This document shows positions 9,407 through 20,058 of a DNA stretch of 64,000 bases, piece by piece. The notes beneath the pieces were generated by a model. That model did no database searches, was not told the origin of the DNA, and saw only the letters and a program-made list of their open reading frames with translations. How positions within the stretch are numbered: position 1 is the first letter of the stretch; every line of letters begins with the position of its first letter. Origin of the DNA: an uncultured Planctomycetaceae bacterium (GTDB lineage: Bacteria > Planctomycetota > Planctomycetia > Planctomycetales > Planctomycetaceae); NCBI GenBank assembly GCA_963976765.1, contig CAXBME010000008.1, positions 1-64,000 on the forward strand, read 5' to 3'. The position numbers and the translations under genes were made by a program.

Positions 9407-10912
9407 ATGTTCCGCCATTTGTTATCTGTATCAAATCTCGTTGCTGCCATCGTTCTGTTGATGCTGGCGATTACCTCCAGCGCACAGCTATCCGCTGCGG
9501 ACGAAAACCAGGCTGACGAGAGCTGGCAGGTCATTCACCTGGCGGGACAGAGAATCGGATACGGGCGAGTCGTGATTCGAAAGGTGATTCGCGACCGTGA
9601 AACGGTTTATCTGACCGACACCGAAGAGCACGTTTCGATCCGCCGCTTTGGACAGCAACTCCGGATTCAGTCGAAGACTCACACGGAAGAATCAGCAGAC
9701 GGGCAGCTCCTGTCGTACGACTTTGAAATGAAGAACCCGCCGGCGCAGACGACTAAAAGTTCCGGGCGAGTTGAAGGCAGCAACCTGATCATCGAATCCA
9801 CGGTCGGTGGTCGAGTTCAGACAAAAAAGATTGCATGGGATTCGACTGTCAAGTCTCCGGCGTGGCAGGATCGATCGCTGAGCGATTCGCCTCTCAAGCC
9901 GGGCGAATCGCGAACGTTCAAGACGTTCATGCCCGAGTTTTCGAAGGTCGTCACGGTCAAAATCAGTGCTGAAGATTACCGGGTCGTCAAACTTCACGAT
10001 GGTTCCGAGAAGTCGCTGCTGAAGGTCAGCGTGTTTCAGTCGATTCTTCCGGGAGTCGGCATGCGTGTTTACCTGGACGATAAAGGGGAATCACTTCGGA
10101 CCGAAGCGGACCTTTTAGGAATGGTGACCTTCAGTGTGCCTCGCGAGGTCGCCCTGCAGGAAATTGCTGGCGAAGAACTGGACGTCGCCACGAATACATT
10201 GATCAGAATTGCGAATCCTCCTGTCGGACTCCACGACCGGAACACAGCGACCTACCGCATTAATACAAAAGGGCGAAATCCGGCGGAGTTTCTTCCGACG
10301 GGCGGAACCCAGACGGTCAAAAAAGTTGATAACGAAACGGCAACACTCACGGTTTCCTCTGTGCGTCCGCCAACCAACATTCAACCTTCAAGAAACGAGC
10401 AGCAGGATTTTCTTGGCGATACTCAGTTTCTTCAGGCAAACGACAGCCGCGTCCAGGAGCATGCTCGTAAAGCGACGGCGGGGTCTCTGGATCCTGGTAC
10501 GGTCGCGGTTCGAATGGAGCAATACGTTCATAAGGAATTGAAGAAGAAAAACTTTTCGACGGCGCTGGCATCAGCCGCGGAAGTCGCCAGGAGTCTTGAA
10601 GGGGATTGTACCGAGCATGCCTGTTTACTGGCGGCAATGCTGCGAGTTCAGAAAATTCCATCGCGAGTCGCTGTCGGACTGGTTTATGCCGATCGTCTCG
10701 GAGCTTTCGGCGGGCACATGTGGACCGAAGCGTGGCTCGACGGCAAATGGGTTCCGCTGGACGGGACGCTGGGCAAAGGCGGAATTGGACCGGGACATAT
10801 CAAACTGGCCGATTCCTCGCTCGCAGACGATGGTCCTGCTCCTGTGACATCGTTCGTCCCGCTGATGAACATGCTCTCGAATGTGACGATCGACATCGTG
10901 AGTACCGAGTAG
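9407..10912 (+). CDS. Secreted transglutaminase-like (Cys-His-Asp) domain protein
   Basis: Signal peptide; GDCTEHACLLAAMLR, GGHMWTEAW and WVPLD triad motifs. Confidence 0.88.
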   Translation: MFRHLLSVSNLVAAIVLLMLAITSSAQLSAADENQADESWQVIHLAGQRIGYGRVVIRKVIRDRETVYLTDTEEHVSIRRFGQQLRIQSKTHTEESADGQLLSYDFEMKNPPAQTTKSSGRVEGSNLIIESTVGGRVQTKKIAWDSTVKSPAWQDRSLSDSPLKPGESRTFKTFMPEFSKVVTVKISAEDYRVVKLHDGSEKSLLKVSVFQSILPGVGMRVYLDDKGESLRTEADLLGMVTFSVPREVALQEIAGEELDVATNTLIRIANPPVGLHDRNTATYRINTKGRNPAEFLPTGGTQTVKKVDNETATLTVSSVRPPTNIQPSRNEQQDFLGDTQFLQANDSRVQEHARKATAGSLDPGTVAVRMEQYVHKELKKKNFSTALASAAEVARSLEGDCTEHACLLAAMLRVQKIPSRVAVGLVYADRLGAFGGHMWTEAWLDGKWVPLDGTLGKGGIGPGHIKLADSSLADDGPAPVTSFVPLMNMLSNVTIDIVSTE

Positions 10913-11138
10913 CGGCCGCTGCTCATCGGTGGCAATTAGACGCTCGCCTAATTGGACGAACCGATCCAGACGGACCGACATGCCATCTCCTGACAAAGAT
11001 TGTCGCCGTTTGGGTAGAGCAGTCGATTCGTGAATCCGCGTTTCCGATTTCGTCCGCCGTTTGGTTTCTGCGCTATCTTTCTGGAGGTCGCCTTGAGCGA
11101 CGGTTATCCAGTTGAACTCTTAGTGCGGAATCAGCGTC

Positions 11139-12191
11139 ATGATCGCAAGTGCCAGTCTTCGGTTTGGAATGGTTGGAGCCGGCGGAATCGCTCAGGCATA
11201 CGCTCAGGCATTTCGAGACACCAGTATTGCAACTCTCGTCGCCGTTGCGGATGTTCGCGCCGAGTCAGCAGAAGCGATCGCTCAGTCGATCGGTGCGACG
11301 GCGTATGGAAGTCACGAAGAGATGGCCGAGGCCGAACAGCTCGACGCCGTCGTGGTCTGCACTCCTCCGGTCACGCATCGAAATATCTGTGCTGACCTCG
11401 CAAGCCGTGGTCTGCACGTGCTGTGCGAAAAGCCGCTGGCGATCGACTCGAACAGCGCGAGGGAAATGTTCGACGCTGCCGCGCAGAACGACGTCAAACT
11501 GACAATGGCGACGAAGTTCCGCTACGCCGCCGACGTGATCCGAGCAAAATCGATTGTCAGCTCGGGAATCCTCGGTGACGTCATCCTCTTCGAAAACTGC
11601 TTCACCGGGCATGTCGACATGTCTCAACGGTGGAATTCAAATCCGGAAATCAGCGGGGGCGGAGTTCTGATCGACAACGGAACGCACTCGGTCGACATCA
11701 TTCGATACTTCCTTGGTCCGGTCGCCGAAGTTCAGGTTGTCGAAGGTCGCCGAATTCAGAAACTGGCCGTCGAAGATACGGTCCGCATGTTTGTGCGAAC
11801 CAGCGAAGGCGTCATGGGCAGCATCGACCTTTCGTGGAGCATGAATAAAGAACAGCCGTATTACCTGAGCATTTACGGTTCGCAAGGCACGGTGCTTGTT
11901 GGCTGGAAAGAGTCAAAGTACCGCCGCTCCAGCGACACGGACTGGGTTACCTTTGGCGAAGGCTACAACAAGTTCCAGGCGTTCCGCGGCCAGATCGAAA
12001 ACTTTACTCGCGCTATTCGAGGTGAAGATAAACTTCTCGTCAGCCCGGAAGATGCACTCGCCTCGGTGGAAGTCATCGAAACAGCGTACGACTCACTTCA
12101 CAACAGCGTCTGGCAACCGGTCAAGCAGACTGCCTGGCCGCCATCGGTCGACGCCCAGAGCCTGCTGGCCGCTGCCGGACAGGTCTCGTAA
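11139..12191 (+). CDS. Gfo/Idh/MocA oxidoreductase (WlbA/WbpB-like NDP-sugar dehydrogenase)
   Basis: VGAGGIA, HVLCEKP and GGGVLIDNGTH motifs; first gene of a glycan cluster. Confidence 0.88.
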   Translation: MIASASLRFGMVGAGGIAQAYAQAFRDTSIATLVAVADVRAESAEAIAQSIGATAYGSHEEMAEAEQLDAVVVCTPPVTHRNICADLASRGLHVLCEKPLAIDSNSAREMFDAAAQNDVKLTMATKFRYAADVIRAKSIVSSGILGDVILFENCFTGHVDMSQRWNSNPEISGGGVLIDNGTHSVDIIRYFLGPVAEVQVVEGRRIQKLAVEDTVRMFVRTSEGVMGSIDLSWSMNKEQPYYLSIYGSQGTVLVGWKESKYRRSSDTDWVTFGEGYNKFQAFRGQIENFTRAIRGEDKLLVSPEDALASVEVIETAYDSLHNSVWQPVKQTAWPPSVDAQSLLAAAGQVS

Positions 12192-12276
12192 CGATCCTGA
12201 ACCTTGATCCAGACTGCCACTCAAAACCAGGCGGAACGTTGTCCTCTATGAGTCTCGACTAAGATGCCGCAGAAAC

Positions 12277-13587
12277 GTGTACGCTATGGAGTATCTCAAC
12301 TGGCTGTGGCTTCCGTTCGTGCCAGGGATCCTGGCTCTATTTCATCGGGCGGGAAAGAGCCAGTCCGGCAGGTTCCGGCGGTTCGCGTTGTCCGTTCTGC
12401 TCGTCACGTCGACGGCGTGGCTGGCCATGAGTACGGCAACGGCTTGGCGAAATTCGGTAGCTCCACGGGAGTTTGATTTTCAGCTCTACTGGATTTACGG
12501 ATCGGCGATCTACGACGGGCATTCTCCGTACAATGTTGACGCTCTGAAACAGGCAGCCGAACCGCTGAACCCTGGCGCCGACCTGATGGCTGAACTGCTG
12601 TTTCTGCAGACTCCTCCATCCGCGTTGCTGTACGGGCCCCTGGGGGCATTCGATATCCGTACGGCGTGCGTGCTCGGGTACGCATTCCTGGCCGTTGTGA
12701 TTGCTTGTGTCATCCGATTGCTGAGCCAGACATTTTTTCCGGATGACGGAATTCACGGAGCGGCATTGTGTGTGACGTTGCTCCTCTCGATGCTGCCGGC
12801 ACGTGACACAATCTGGCTGGCTCAAACCAACTTTCTGATTCTTCTATTCCTCATCCTGTTCTGGCGGTCGCCGCGCACATTTAAGGGCGGGCTGGCGCTG
12901 GGGACAGGAATTCTCGTCAAGCCAATTCTGATCATGTACCCCGCTTATCTTTTCCTGACTCGACAATGGAAGCCGCTGTCAGGAGTCGTCGCAGCCGGTG
13001 CCGGTTTGTCGGTCATCACGATCGCCGTCTCTGGAGCGAGCATGTATTTCGGATACTTCTTTGACAACCCGATCGCCCATCAGATGCCATCGACTCTGTA
13101 CTCCGAAGACATCAATCAATCCCTGCTGGCAACGATACTTCGCATCCTTGGAACCGAAATCGACAGCGGGCATCCGGCGGTGGTTCCTGCGTTTGCAACT
13201 CTGGCTTTTATTTTCACAATCGTCTCGGGATGGGCCATTCTGCGAACCTGCCGTCGCGATGACAATCTGTCACTCGCCATTTTGCTGACGCTCAGCCTGC
13301 TTCTCTTTCCGAAGACTTTGTCACACTACAGTGTGCTGTTGATTGTGCCGCTGCTGTTGCTCTGGTCGCGCCGGGAAACAGTGCCTGGCGGTGCAGCATC
13401 CACCGGGTGTCTGGTAACAGCGGTGTTTGCCTTGTGTGCGGCCGACATGGCCTTCGCCGCGAATCTATGTAGTTGGGCATTCGTCTGCGTCACTGCACTT
13501 CAAGCTCCAATCCCGGTCACCTCTGTTGTCAGAATGCCTCAGGCTGAAGTCTCTCAAGACATCGCCCTTGCCGGATCAGGAGTTTGA
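12277..13587 (+). CDS. GT87 / DUF2029 family polytopic glycosyltransferase (GT-C fold)
   Basis: Many TM segments; DFQLYW..G, PY, PP..LL..PL, AQTN, GILVKP and NQSL motifs. Confidence 0.8.
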   Translation: MYAMEYLNWLWLPFVPGILALFHRAGKSQSGRFRRFALSVLLVTSTAWLAMSTATAWRNSVAPREFDFQLYWIYGSAIYDGHSPYNVDALKQAAEPLNPGADLMAELLFLQTPPSALLYGPLGAFDIRTACVLGYAFLAVVIACVIRLLSQTFFPDDGIHGAALCVTLLLSMLPARDTIWLAQTNFLILLFLILFWRSPRTFKGGLALGTGILVKPILIMYPAYLFLTRQWKPLSGVVAAGAGLSVITIAVSGASMYFGYFFDNPIAHQMPSTLYSEDINQSLLATILRILGTEIDSGHPAVVPAFATLAFIFTIVSGWAILRTCRRDDNLSLAILLTLSLLLFPKTLSHYSVLLIVPLLLLWSRRETVPGGAASTGCLVTAVFALCAADMAFAANLCSWAFVCVTALQAPIPVTSVVRMPQAEVSQDIALAGSGV

Positions 13588-13608
13588 ACGTTGGAAGTTC
13601 CCTCCATA

Positions 13609-14193
13609 ATGAAAAGTCGCACCGGTGACGCTGAGTATGTTCCGGTCACCAATTCTTCTCAGGCACAGAATCAAACTACGAATGACGATACTTCTCGCTT
13701 TGGCTCAATCAGTCAAATCAACCTGACGAAAGCCTTTCCATCGCTACTTGAGCACGTACGCGTCAACTATGCGCAGTTGACACGCTTCGTTCTTTTTGGC
13801 TGTGTGGGGCTCAGCGGAATGGTCGTCGACCTGGGAGTCCTGTATGTCCTTTTTCCATTCACCGGTCTGGCGGCTGGTCGAGCGGTGGCGATTGCCGTGG
13901 CGATGACGTGGAATTTCGTCTGCAATCGGGTCATTACATTTCAGAGCGACACAACGCTGTCTCCCTGGAGCCAGTACTGGCGATACGTTGCAAGCTGCAG
14001 CGTTGGCGCGGCCATTAACTGGTCAACTTCTCTGGCGCTGGTGTCGTGTATTGCCGTTTTTCGCGAGCACGTTCTGCTGAGTGCCGTCGCGGGTGTACTG
14101 GCAGGCTTTCTGCTGAACTTTCAACTCTGCAGCCGATGGGTCTTTCACGAGCACTCTGTCCGGGAAACATCAGTCACCAGGCAGTCGGTGTAA
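13609..14193 (+). CDS. GtrA family lipid-linked sugar flippase
   Basis: RFVLFGCVGLSGMVVD, WNFVCNRVITF and LNFQLCSRWVF motifs; four TM helices. Confidence 0.88.
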   Translation: MKSRTGDAEYVPVTNSSQAQNQTTNDDTSRFGSISQINLTKAFPSLLEHVRVNYAQLTRFVLFGCVGLSGMVVDLGVLYVLFPFTGLAAGRAVAIAVAMTWNFVCNRVITFQSDTTLSPWSQYWRYVASCSVGAAINWSTSLALVSCIAVFREHVLLSAVAGVLAGFLLNFQLCSRWVFHEHSVRETSVTRQSV

Positions 14194-14427
14194 ACCGATC
14201 GTCCGGACAATCCCGAATGTCCAGCCTGGCCGCTTCCAGAATGCACCGCGTGACTGCCCGATTTGCTCGTCTGACACTCCAGACTGGCGGTAAGTAAGAG
14301 TTGGATAAGACTCATCTCTGCCCGCCGTTGGTTCATCAATGTTGGGTTCTTTGAGTCGACAAACTGCCGGTTAACCCGGGTCAGTTACTTCTTCGAAACC
14401 ACACTCACTCACCGGAGTAAAGTATCA

Positions 14428-15090
14428 ATGGCCGCTCGAGTTCACAGCACCGCCATTGTCGAAGACGACGTTCGAATCGGCGACAGGACGTCGATCTGGG
14501 ACAACGTTCATATTCGCCACGATTCTGAGATTGGCGAAGAGTGCATCGTTGGCGAGAAAACGTACATCGCCTATGGCGTCAAAATCGGCGACCGCGTGAA
14601 GATCAACGCGATGGTCTATGTCTGCAACGCGGTCACGATCGAAGACGGAGTCATGATCAGCGCGGGCACCATCTTTACCAATGATCGATTTCCGCGAGCG
14701 ACGACTCCGGATCTGAAGCAACTGCGTGACTCGGCGCCGGATGAGCACACGCTACCGACCCTTGTCCGCGAGGGCGCGACCATCGGAGCGGGAGCGACTA
14801 TCGGCAACGACCTGACGATCGGTCGGTTTGCGATGGTCGGCATGGGCTCGGTCGTGACGAAGTCGGTGCCTGACTTTCATCTGGTGCTGGGGTCGCCGGC
14901 CCGTTCCATTGGAGCGGTCTGCCGTTGCGGCCAGATGATCGCCCGGTTCCCGGAGGATCGGTCGGCAAACTTCGCCTACCTGTGTTGCCCCGAGTGCGAA
15001 CGTGAATATTCGATCCACGACGGTGAAGTCAGTGAATCGCTGCTGCATGTTCTCTCGATGGCCGATACCGAAGCTCTTGCCGAAGTGTAG
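14428..15090 (+). CDS. Hexapeptide-repeat sugar N-acetyltransferase (WbpD/WlbB-like) with C-terminal Cys cluster
   Basis: VHSTAIVE, left-handed beta-helix repeats, FTNDRFPR, GSPAR, CRCG..CPEC. Confidence 0.9.
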   Translation: MAARVHSTAIVEDDVRIGDRTSIWDNVHIRHDSEIGEECIVGEKTYIAYGVKIGDRVKINAMVYVCNAVTIEDGVMISAGTIFTNDRFPRATTPDLKQLRDSAPDEHTLPTLVREGATIGAGATIGNDLTIGRFAMVGMGSVVTKSVPDFHLVLGSPARSIGAVCRCGQMIARFPEDRSANFAYLCCPECEREYSIHDGEVSESLLHVLSMADTEALAEV

Positions 15091-15097
15091 GTAGACG

Positions 15098-16309
15098 ATG
15101 CTCCGCCACATTCGAATTCTCGCCGGCTCGCTGAAGCCAACGGCCGGAAGCCATATCTACAATCGAGAACTGATCCGCCGGCTTGCCTCGCGAGGAAACC
15201 GTGTCTCGGTGGTCAGCTTCGACGATGGCGGTGAAGTCAAGGATGGTAAAGACTGGGGCGACGTTGAGTTCACGTGTCTGCCACGACGGGACTGGAACTC
15301 GATTCCCGGAGCATGGCGATTCGCGGCAACGCTTCAGGGACTCCAGTCACGACGCGATGTCGCATCCGCCACGCTCGACGAACCGGATGTTGTCATCGCC
15401 ACCGAGCATCTGTTTCTGAAAGCACATGCTCGCCGATTTCCACGGACTCCCTGGCTGTATCTGGCGCATTCGCTGGTGATCGCTCACGAAATCGACAGCT
15501 ACGGAATGACCGGGCTTCAGCAGCGTCTCACTCGAAACTTCTACATCAAGCAACAGCTGTGGGCTCTGCGTCACTCGTCAACGATTGTCCGATTCAACCA
15601 GTCGGCGACGAATGCCCTGCTGGATTTCTATGGAGCCGATTCGTTGCAGGCTCCGATTCTGATTAATCCGACGGGGATCGATGCTCCAGACTCGCCGCCT
15701 GGGGAACGACATAATGACACAGAAAGCCCGCTCCGTCTGCTTTTCGTCGGGCGTCTGATCGCGTCAAAGAATCTGAAGTTTGTTCTTCGCGCGCTGGCAG
15801 ATTTTCGCGGTGCCAACTGGACTCTTGACGTCGTTGGAGACGGTCCTGAGCTGAAAGACTGCCGGCAACTGCTGCGGGAGTTGCAGCTTGCCTCGCAGGT
15901 CACGCTGCACGGACATCAGTCGAATACTGCCGAGTGGTACAGCAACGCCGACCTGCTGCTGTTTCCGTCGAAGCTTGAGAATATGCCGCTGGTACTTCTG
16001 GAATCAATGGCTCACGGCACGCCTGCACTCGTCATCCGCGAAGACGGTTTGAACTACCGGGTTCCTTTTTCGGAAGTCATCGAAGACGACGTCACCGGAC
16101 TGATCGCTCGCGACGAAAGCGACTTCGCCCACCGTCTGGGTGACATTCTTGCGAAGCCGGAAAAACTGACTGGTCTCTCGTCCAATGCTCAGTCGCAGGT
16201 GCGAGAACATTACACCTGGGACGAGCATCTGAACTGCTTTGACAGGCACATCGACAAACTGCTCGGAACCACGTCGATCCCGCCGTCGCCTGTCTCTGTT
16301 CCGTGTTGA
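15098..16309 (+). CDS. Glycosyltransferase family 4
   Basis: LLFVGRLIASKN, VVGDGP and ENMPLVLLESMAHGTP (ExxxxxxxE) motifs. Confidence 0.92.
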   Translation: MLRHIRILAGSLKPTAGSHIYNRELIRRLASRGNRVSVVSFDDGGEVKDGKDWGDVEFTCLPRRDWNSIPGAWRFAATLQGLQSRRDVASATLDEPDVVIATEHLFLKAHARRFPRTPWLYLAHSLVIAHEIDSYGMTGLQQRLTRNFYIKQQLWALRHSSTIVRFNQSATNALLDFYGADSLQAPILINPTGIDAPDSPPGERHNDTESPLRLLFVGRLIASKNLKFVLRALADFRGANWTLDVVGDGPELKDCRQLLRELQLASQVTLHGHQSNTAEWYSNADLLLFPSKLENMPLVLLESMAHGTPALVIREDGLNYRVPFSEVIEDDVTGLIARDESDFAHRLGDILAKPEKLTGLSSNAQSQVREHYTWDEHLNCFDRHIDKLLGTTSIPPSPVSVPC

Positions 16310-16515
16310 GTTTCGGCAACGCTCTTCGTCGAGCGTGCTGGCAAATGCTTCTAATCGGCACGGACTGAAAGCAGGGGCGAGCTGCCGGGTCGCATTCAGC
16401 AGGCATTTCGATTGCGGTCTCTGTTTCCGATCTATGTTTGATCCGTCGCCTCACGGCTTTTGTGCGATGCGATCGTGACCTCCATCCGAGACCACATGAA
16501 TTGCGGAATAGAAAT

Positions 16516-17496
16516 ATGAAGCGTCTTTTTCTGATTGCGCTGGCTGTCATTGCCGTCGGAGGCATCGGCATCACCTGTGCCTGCAAAGCCGGGATTGTCA
16601 CACCTCCGTACGTCGGCTTCGCGAAGGTCTGGTCGGTTGCCATTTGTAATGTGGACCGTCCTTTTGCAGGTGCCCCGCTTGAAATATCGCCGCTGAAGAT
16701 CATTACCGCCGACCACGTCACTGATATTCCGGCTCGGTTAATCGCAGATCCGTTTCTGATGCAGGAAGGAGAATCGTCGTACCTGTTCTACGAAGTTCTG
16801 AACGAAGACACGGGCCAGGGCGATCTTGCCGTTTCAGTCAGCACCGACGGAGAGAACTGGACCTACCAGGGCGTCGTACTTGATGAGGACTTTCATCTTT
16901 CCTACCCGCAGGTGTTCAAACACCAGGACAGCATTTACATGATTCCGGAGTCATGTGCGGCGGGATCGGTTCGTCTCTATCGAGCGACGAACTTCCCGAC
17001 CGAATGGGCATTCGAGCGGACCCTGATCGAGAAGCCGCTCGTCGATCCAACAATCTTTCGACACGGTGATCACTGGTGGCTGTTCGCCAGCCCCGCCGAT
17101 GACTGGGACGATCTCCGACTCTACTTTTCGAAGACTCTCGATCCTGCCGACTGGCGGGAACACCCACAGAGTCCAATCGTTGAGGGCAGCAAACGATTTG
17201 CCAGACAGGGCGGACGAATCATCCAGGAAGATGGGCGACTGTTTCGGATCGCTCAGGACCACAAACTTCACTACGGACATCAGGTGTGGGCGATGGAAAT
17301 CAACCGGCTGACGCCTGAGGAGTACAGCGAAACGCTGACAAGCAGGTTGCCACTTCTGACTGCCGGCGGAAAAGGATGGAACGGAATCGGCATGCACCAC
17401 CTGGACACGCTCACCCTTCCGAATGGCAAAAGAATCATGTGCGTCGACGGGCTTGAGCAACTTCTGGTCGTCGGCCCCATCCGGCTGAGCTTCTAG
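16516..17496 (+). CDS. Secreted five-bladed beta-propeller protein resembling the GINT1 (glucosamine inositolphosphorylceramide transferase) N-terminal / GH43-like domain
   Basis: N-terminal TM or signal; ADPFL, HLSYPQVF, YMIPE, VDPT, W.EHPQSPI and GMHHLD motifs. Confidence 0.75.
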   Translation: MKRLFLIALAVIAVGGIGITCACKAGIVTPPYVGFAKVWSVAICNVDRPFAGAPLEISPLKIITADHVTDIPARLIADPFLMQEGESSYLFYEVLNEDTGQGDLAVSVSTDGENWTYQGVVLDEDFHLSYPQVFKHQDSIYMIPESCAAGSVRLYRATNFPTEWAFERTLIEKPLVDPTIFRHGDHWWLFASPADDWDDLRLYFSKTLDPADWREHPQSPIVEGSKRFARQGGRIIQEDGRLFRIAQDHKLHYGHQVWAMEINRLTPEEYSETLTSRLPLLTAGGKGWNGIGMHHLDTLTLPNGKRIMCVDGLEQLLVVGPIRLSF

Positions 17497-17617
17497 GTCA
17501 CTTTTCGAATTCGTTCTCAACGTCGTTCAGGAAATCCACTACGGAAAGCGTCGGCGAACTAAGAACCGCATGCTTGCTCGGGACGCCGCACTGGCGACGC
17601 ACACAAAGGTTGATTCT

Positions 17618-18991
17618 ATGTTAAACCCCACTTCACAACGCTGGGGCATCATTGGTGGCGGCGTGCTCGGCATGACGATCGCGCATCGTCTCGCGCAGGC
17701 CGGGCAGGATGTCACGCTGCTGGAAGCAGCTCCGCACCTGGGCGGCCTCGCCGACGCGTGGCAGCTTGGCGATGTCACGTGGGACCGCCATTACCACGTC
17801 ACTCTGCTGTCGGACATTCACTGGCGAAACCTTCTGAAAGAACTCGACCTCGAAGATCAGATGAACTGGGTCGAGACGAAGACCGGCTTCTACACCGACG
17901 GACAACTTTACTCGATGTCCAACAACGTCGAGTTTCTGAAGTTTCCACCGCTCCGCCTGATCGACAAATTTCGACTCGGCGCGACGATTTTCTACGCCTC
18001 GAAACTCAAAGACTGGAAGAAGCTCGAGCAGGTTCCTGTTGCCGACTGGCTGAAAAAACTGTCCGGCTCGCGCACGTTTGAAAAGATCTGGCTGCCGCTT
18101 CTCCGAGCGAAACTCGGAGAGAATTATCAGAAGACGTCGGCCGCTTTTATCTGGGCGACGATCGACCGCATGTACGCGGCCAGGCGTACTGGCCTGAAGA
18201 AGGAAATGTTCGGATACATGTCCGGCGGCTACGCCAGAATTCTTGACGCGTTCACACAGCAGTTGATTGACGAAGGCGTGGACGTCCGGGTTGAAACTCC
18301 AACGCGACTTGTGCAGCCAACCGGCGTTGGTACCGTCATGGTCGAAACAGCGGGCGACTCGCGGTCCGAGTTCGACAAAGTGGTGATGACAACACCCTCA
18401 CCCATCATTTCGAAGGTCTGTCCTGCCCTGTCCGAAGAGGAACATGCCCGGCACAACGGCCTGCAGTATCAGGGGATTGTCTGCGCGTCGGTGCTGTTGA
18501 AGAAGCCATTGGCCGAATTCTACGTCACCAACATCACGGAGTCCTGGGTGCCGTTTACGGCGGTGATCGAAATGTCGACGCTGGTCGATCGCGCGGAATT
18601 TGGAGGCCGCAGTCTGGTGTATCTCCCGAAGTATGTCTCGCCGGACGACGCACTCTTTGAGGAATCGGACGATTCAATTCAGGAAAGATTTGTTGCCGCC
18701 CTCGAAAAAATGTATCCGCACTTTTCACGCGAAGGCGTACTCGAATTCCGCATCTCACGAGTTCGGCATGTCGTCTCTCTGACGACGCTGAATTATTCGA
18801 ACCAGTTGCCGCCGATGCAGACGTCGTTGCCCGGAGTCTTAGCCGTTAACTCGGCACACATCGCCAACGGTACTCTGAATGTGAACGAAACGGTGAAGCT
18901 GGCCGAAGACACGGTGCGCGATCTTCTGCTGAAAAGCAGCGAACACTCACCCGCAGGCCAGGCAGTGCCTGACGAAGTATTTCAGCACTAA
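17618..18991 (+). CDS. FAD-dependent oxidoreductase (amine oxidase / protoporphyrinogen oxidase-like superfamily) in a glycan cluster
   Basis: IIGGGVLG, LLEAAPHLGGLA, WDRHYH and GYMSGGY motifs. Confidence 0.85.
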   Translation: MLNPTSQRWGIIGGGVLGMTIAHRLAQAGQDVTLLEAAPHLGGLADAWQLGDVTWDRHYHVTLLSDIHWRNLLKELDLEDQMNWVETKTGFYTDGQLYSMSNNVEFLKFPPLRLIDKFRLGATIFYASKLKDWKKLEQVPVADWLKKLSGSRTFEKIWLPLLRAKLGENYQKTSAAFIWATIDRMYAARRTGLKKEMFGYMSGGYARILDAFTQQLIDEGVDVRVETPTRLVQPTGVGTVMVETAGDSRSEFDKVVMTTPSPIISKVCPALSEEEHARHNGLQYQGIVCASVLLKKPLAEFYVTNITESWVPFTAVIEMSTLVDRAEFGGRSLVYLPKYVSPDDALFEESDDSIQERFVAALEKMYPHFSREGVLEFRISRVRHVVSLTTLNYSNQLPPMQTSLPGVLAVNSAHIANGTLNVNETVKLAEDTVRDLLLKSSEHSPAGQAVPDEVFQH

Positions 18992-19012
18992 CGAATTCGG
19001 AATTCACAGATA

Positions 19013-19987
19013 ATGTCAAAACCAATTGCCAGCCTGTCGCTCGATCTGGACAACAAGTGGTCGTACATGAAGACCCACGGTGATGCCGGGTGGGAATCGT
19101 TCCCGTCGTATCTCGACATCGTCGTGCCACGCTTCATCGACTTCTTCAATCACCGCGATTTGAAAATCACTGTCTTTGTGGTCGGTCAGGACGCGGTGCT
19201 GGAGAAAAACCGTGACGCGCTGTCACTCATTCCAGAGAACGGTCACGAAGTCGGCAACCACTCGTTCCATCACGAACCGTGGCTGCATCTCTATTCGCTG
19301 GACCGGATCGATGAAGAATTCGCCCGTACGGAAGAGGCACTTCAGCTGGCAACCGGTGAAACACCGGTCGGCTTCCGTGGGCCGGGTTTCAGCCTGTCGC
19401 CGGATGTTCTGAAAGTTCTGCAGCGTCGAGGCTACCAGTACGATTGCTCGACCTTCCCGACGTTCCTCGGACCGCTCGCCCGGATGTACTACTTCATGAC
19501 GGCGAAGCTCGACGAGCAGGAAAAAGAAGAACGAAAGAAACTCTTCGGCACGTTCAGCGAAGGTTTTCGCACGCTGAGACCGCACCACTGGGAACTCGAA
19601 GACGGGCCGCTGCTTGAGATTCCCGTAACGACCATGCCGTTATTTAAGGTGCCGATCCACGTCAGCTACCTGCTCTATCTTGATCGGTTCTCGCGCGGCC
19701 TGGCGATGACCTACTGGCGAATGGCCCTGACCATGTGCCGCATGACCGGCGTTGTTCCGTCGCTCCTGTTGCACCCTCTCGACTTCATGGGCTGCGACGA
19801 CGACTCCGACCTTGGTTTCTTTCCGGCCATGAACATCGAAAGCGGACGAAAAGTCGAACTCGTCGGCAAAATTATCGACCTGATGACCCGTTACTGGGAC
19901 GTTCGCCCGATGATCGACCATGCAGCTTCTGCCAGCGAAGTTCTTCGAGGTGGACTTGTGAGACCGTTTGAAACTGCAAGCGTTTAG
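19013..19987 (+). CDS. Polysaccharide deacetylase (CE4/NodB-like)
   Basis: SLDLD, HEVGNHSFHH, GFRGPG, YDCS, EIPVT and LLHP motifs. Confidence 0.88.
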   Translation: MSKPIASLSLDLDNKWSYMKTHGDAGWESFPSYLDIVVPRFIDFFNHRDLKITVFVVGQDAVLEKNRDALSLIPENGHEVGNHSFHHEPWLHLYSLDRIDEEFARTEEALQLATGETPVGFRGPGFSLSPDVLKVLQRRGYQYDCSTFPTFLGPLARMYYFMTAKLDEQEKEERKKLFGTFSEGFRTLRPHHWELEDGPLLEIPVTTMPLFKVPIHVSYLLYLDRFSRGLAMTYWRMALTMCRMTGVVPSLLLHPLDFMGCDDDSDLGFFPAMNIESGRKVELVGKIIDLMTRYWDVRPMIDHAASASEVLRGGLVRPFETASV

Positions 19988-20058
19988 TCGAAGCCGACAA
20001 TCACTCTGGTCCTGATGATCCGAAATTATCAGACCGAACAGCAGAAAGGCGCGTTCGA

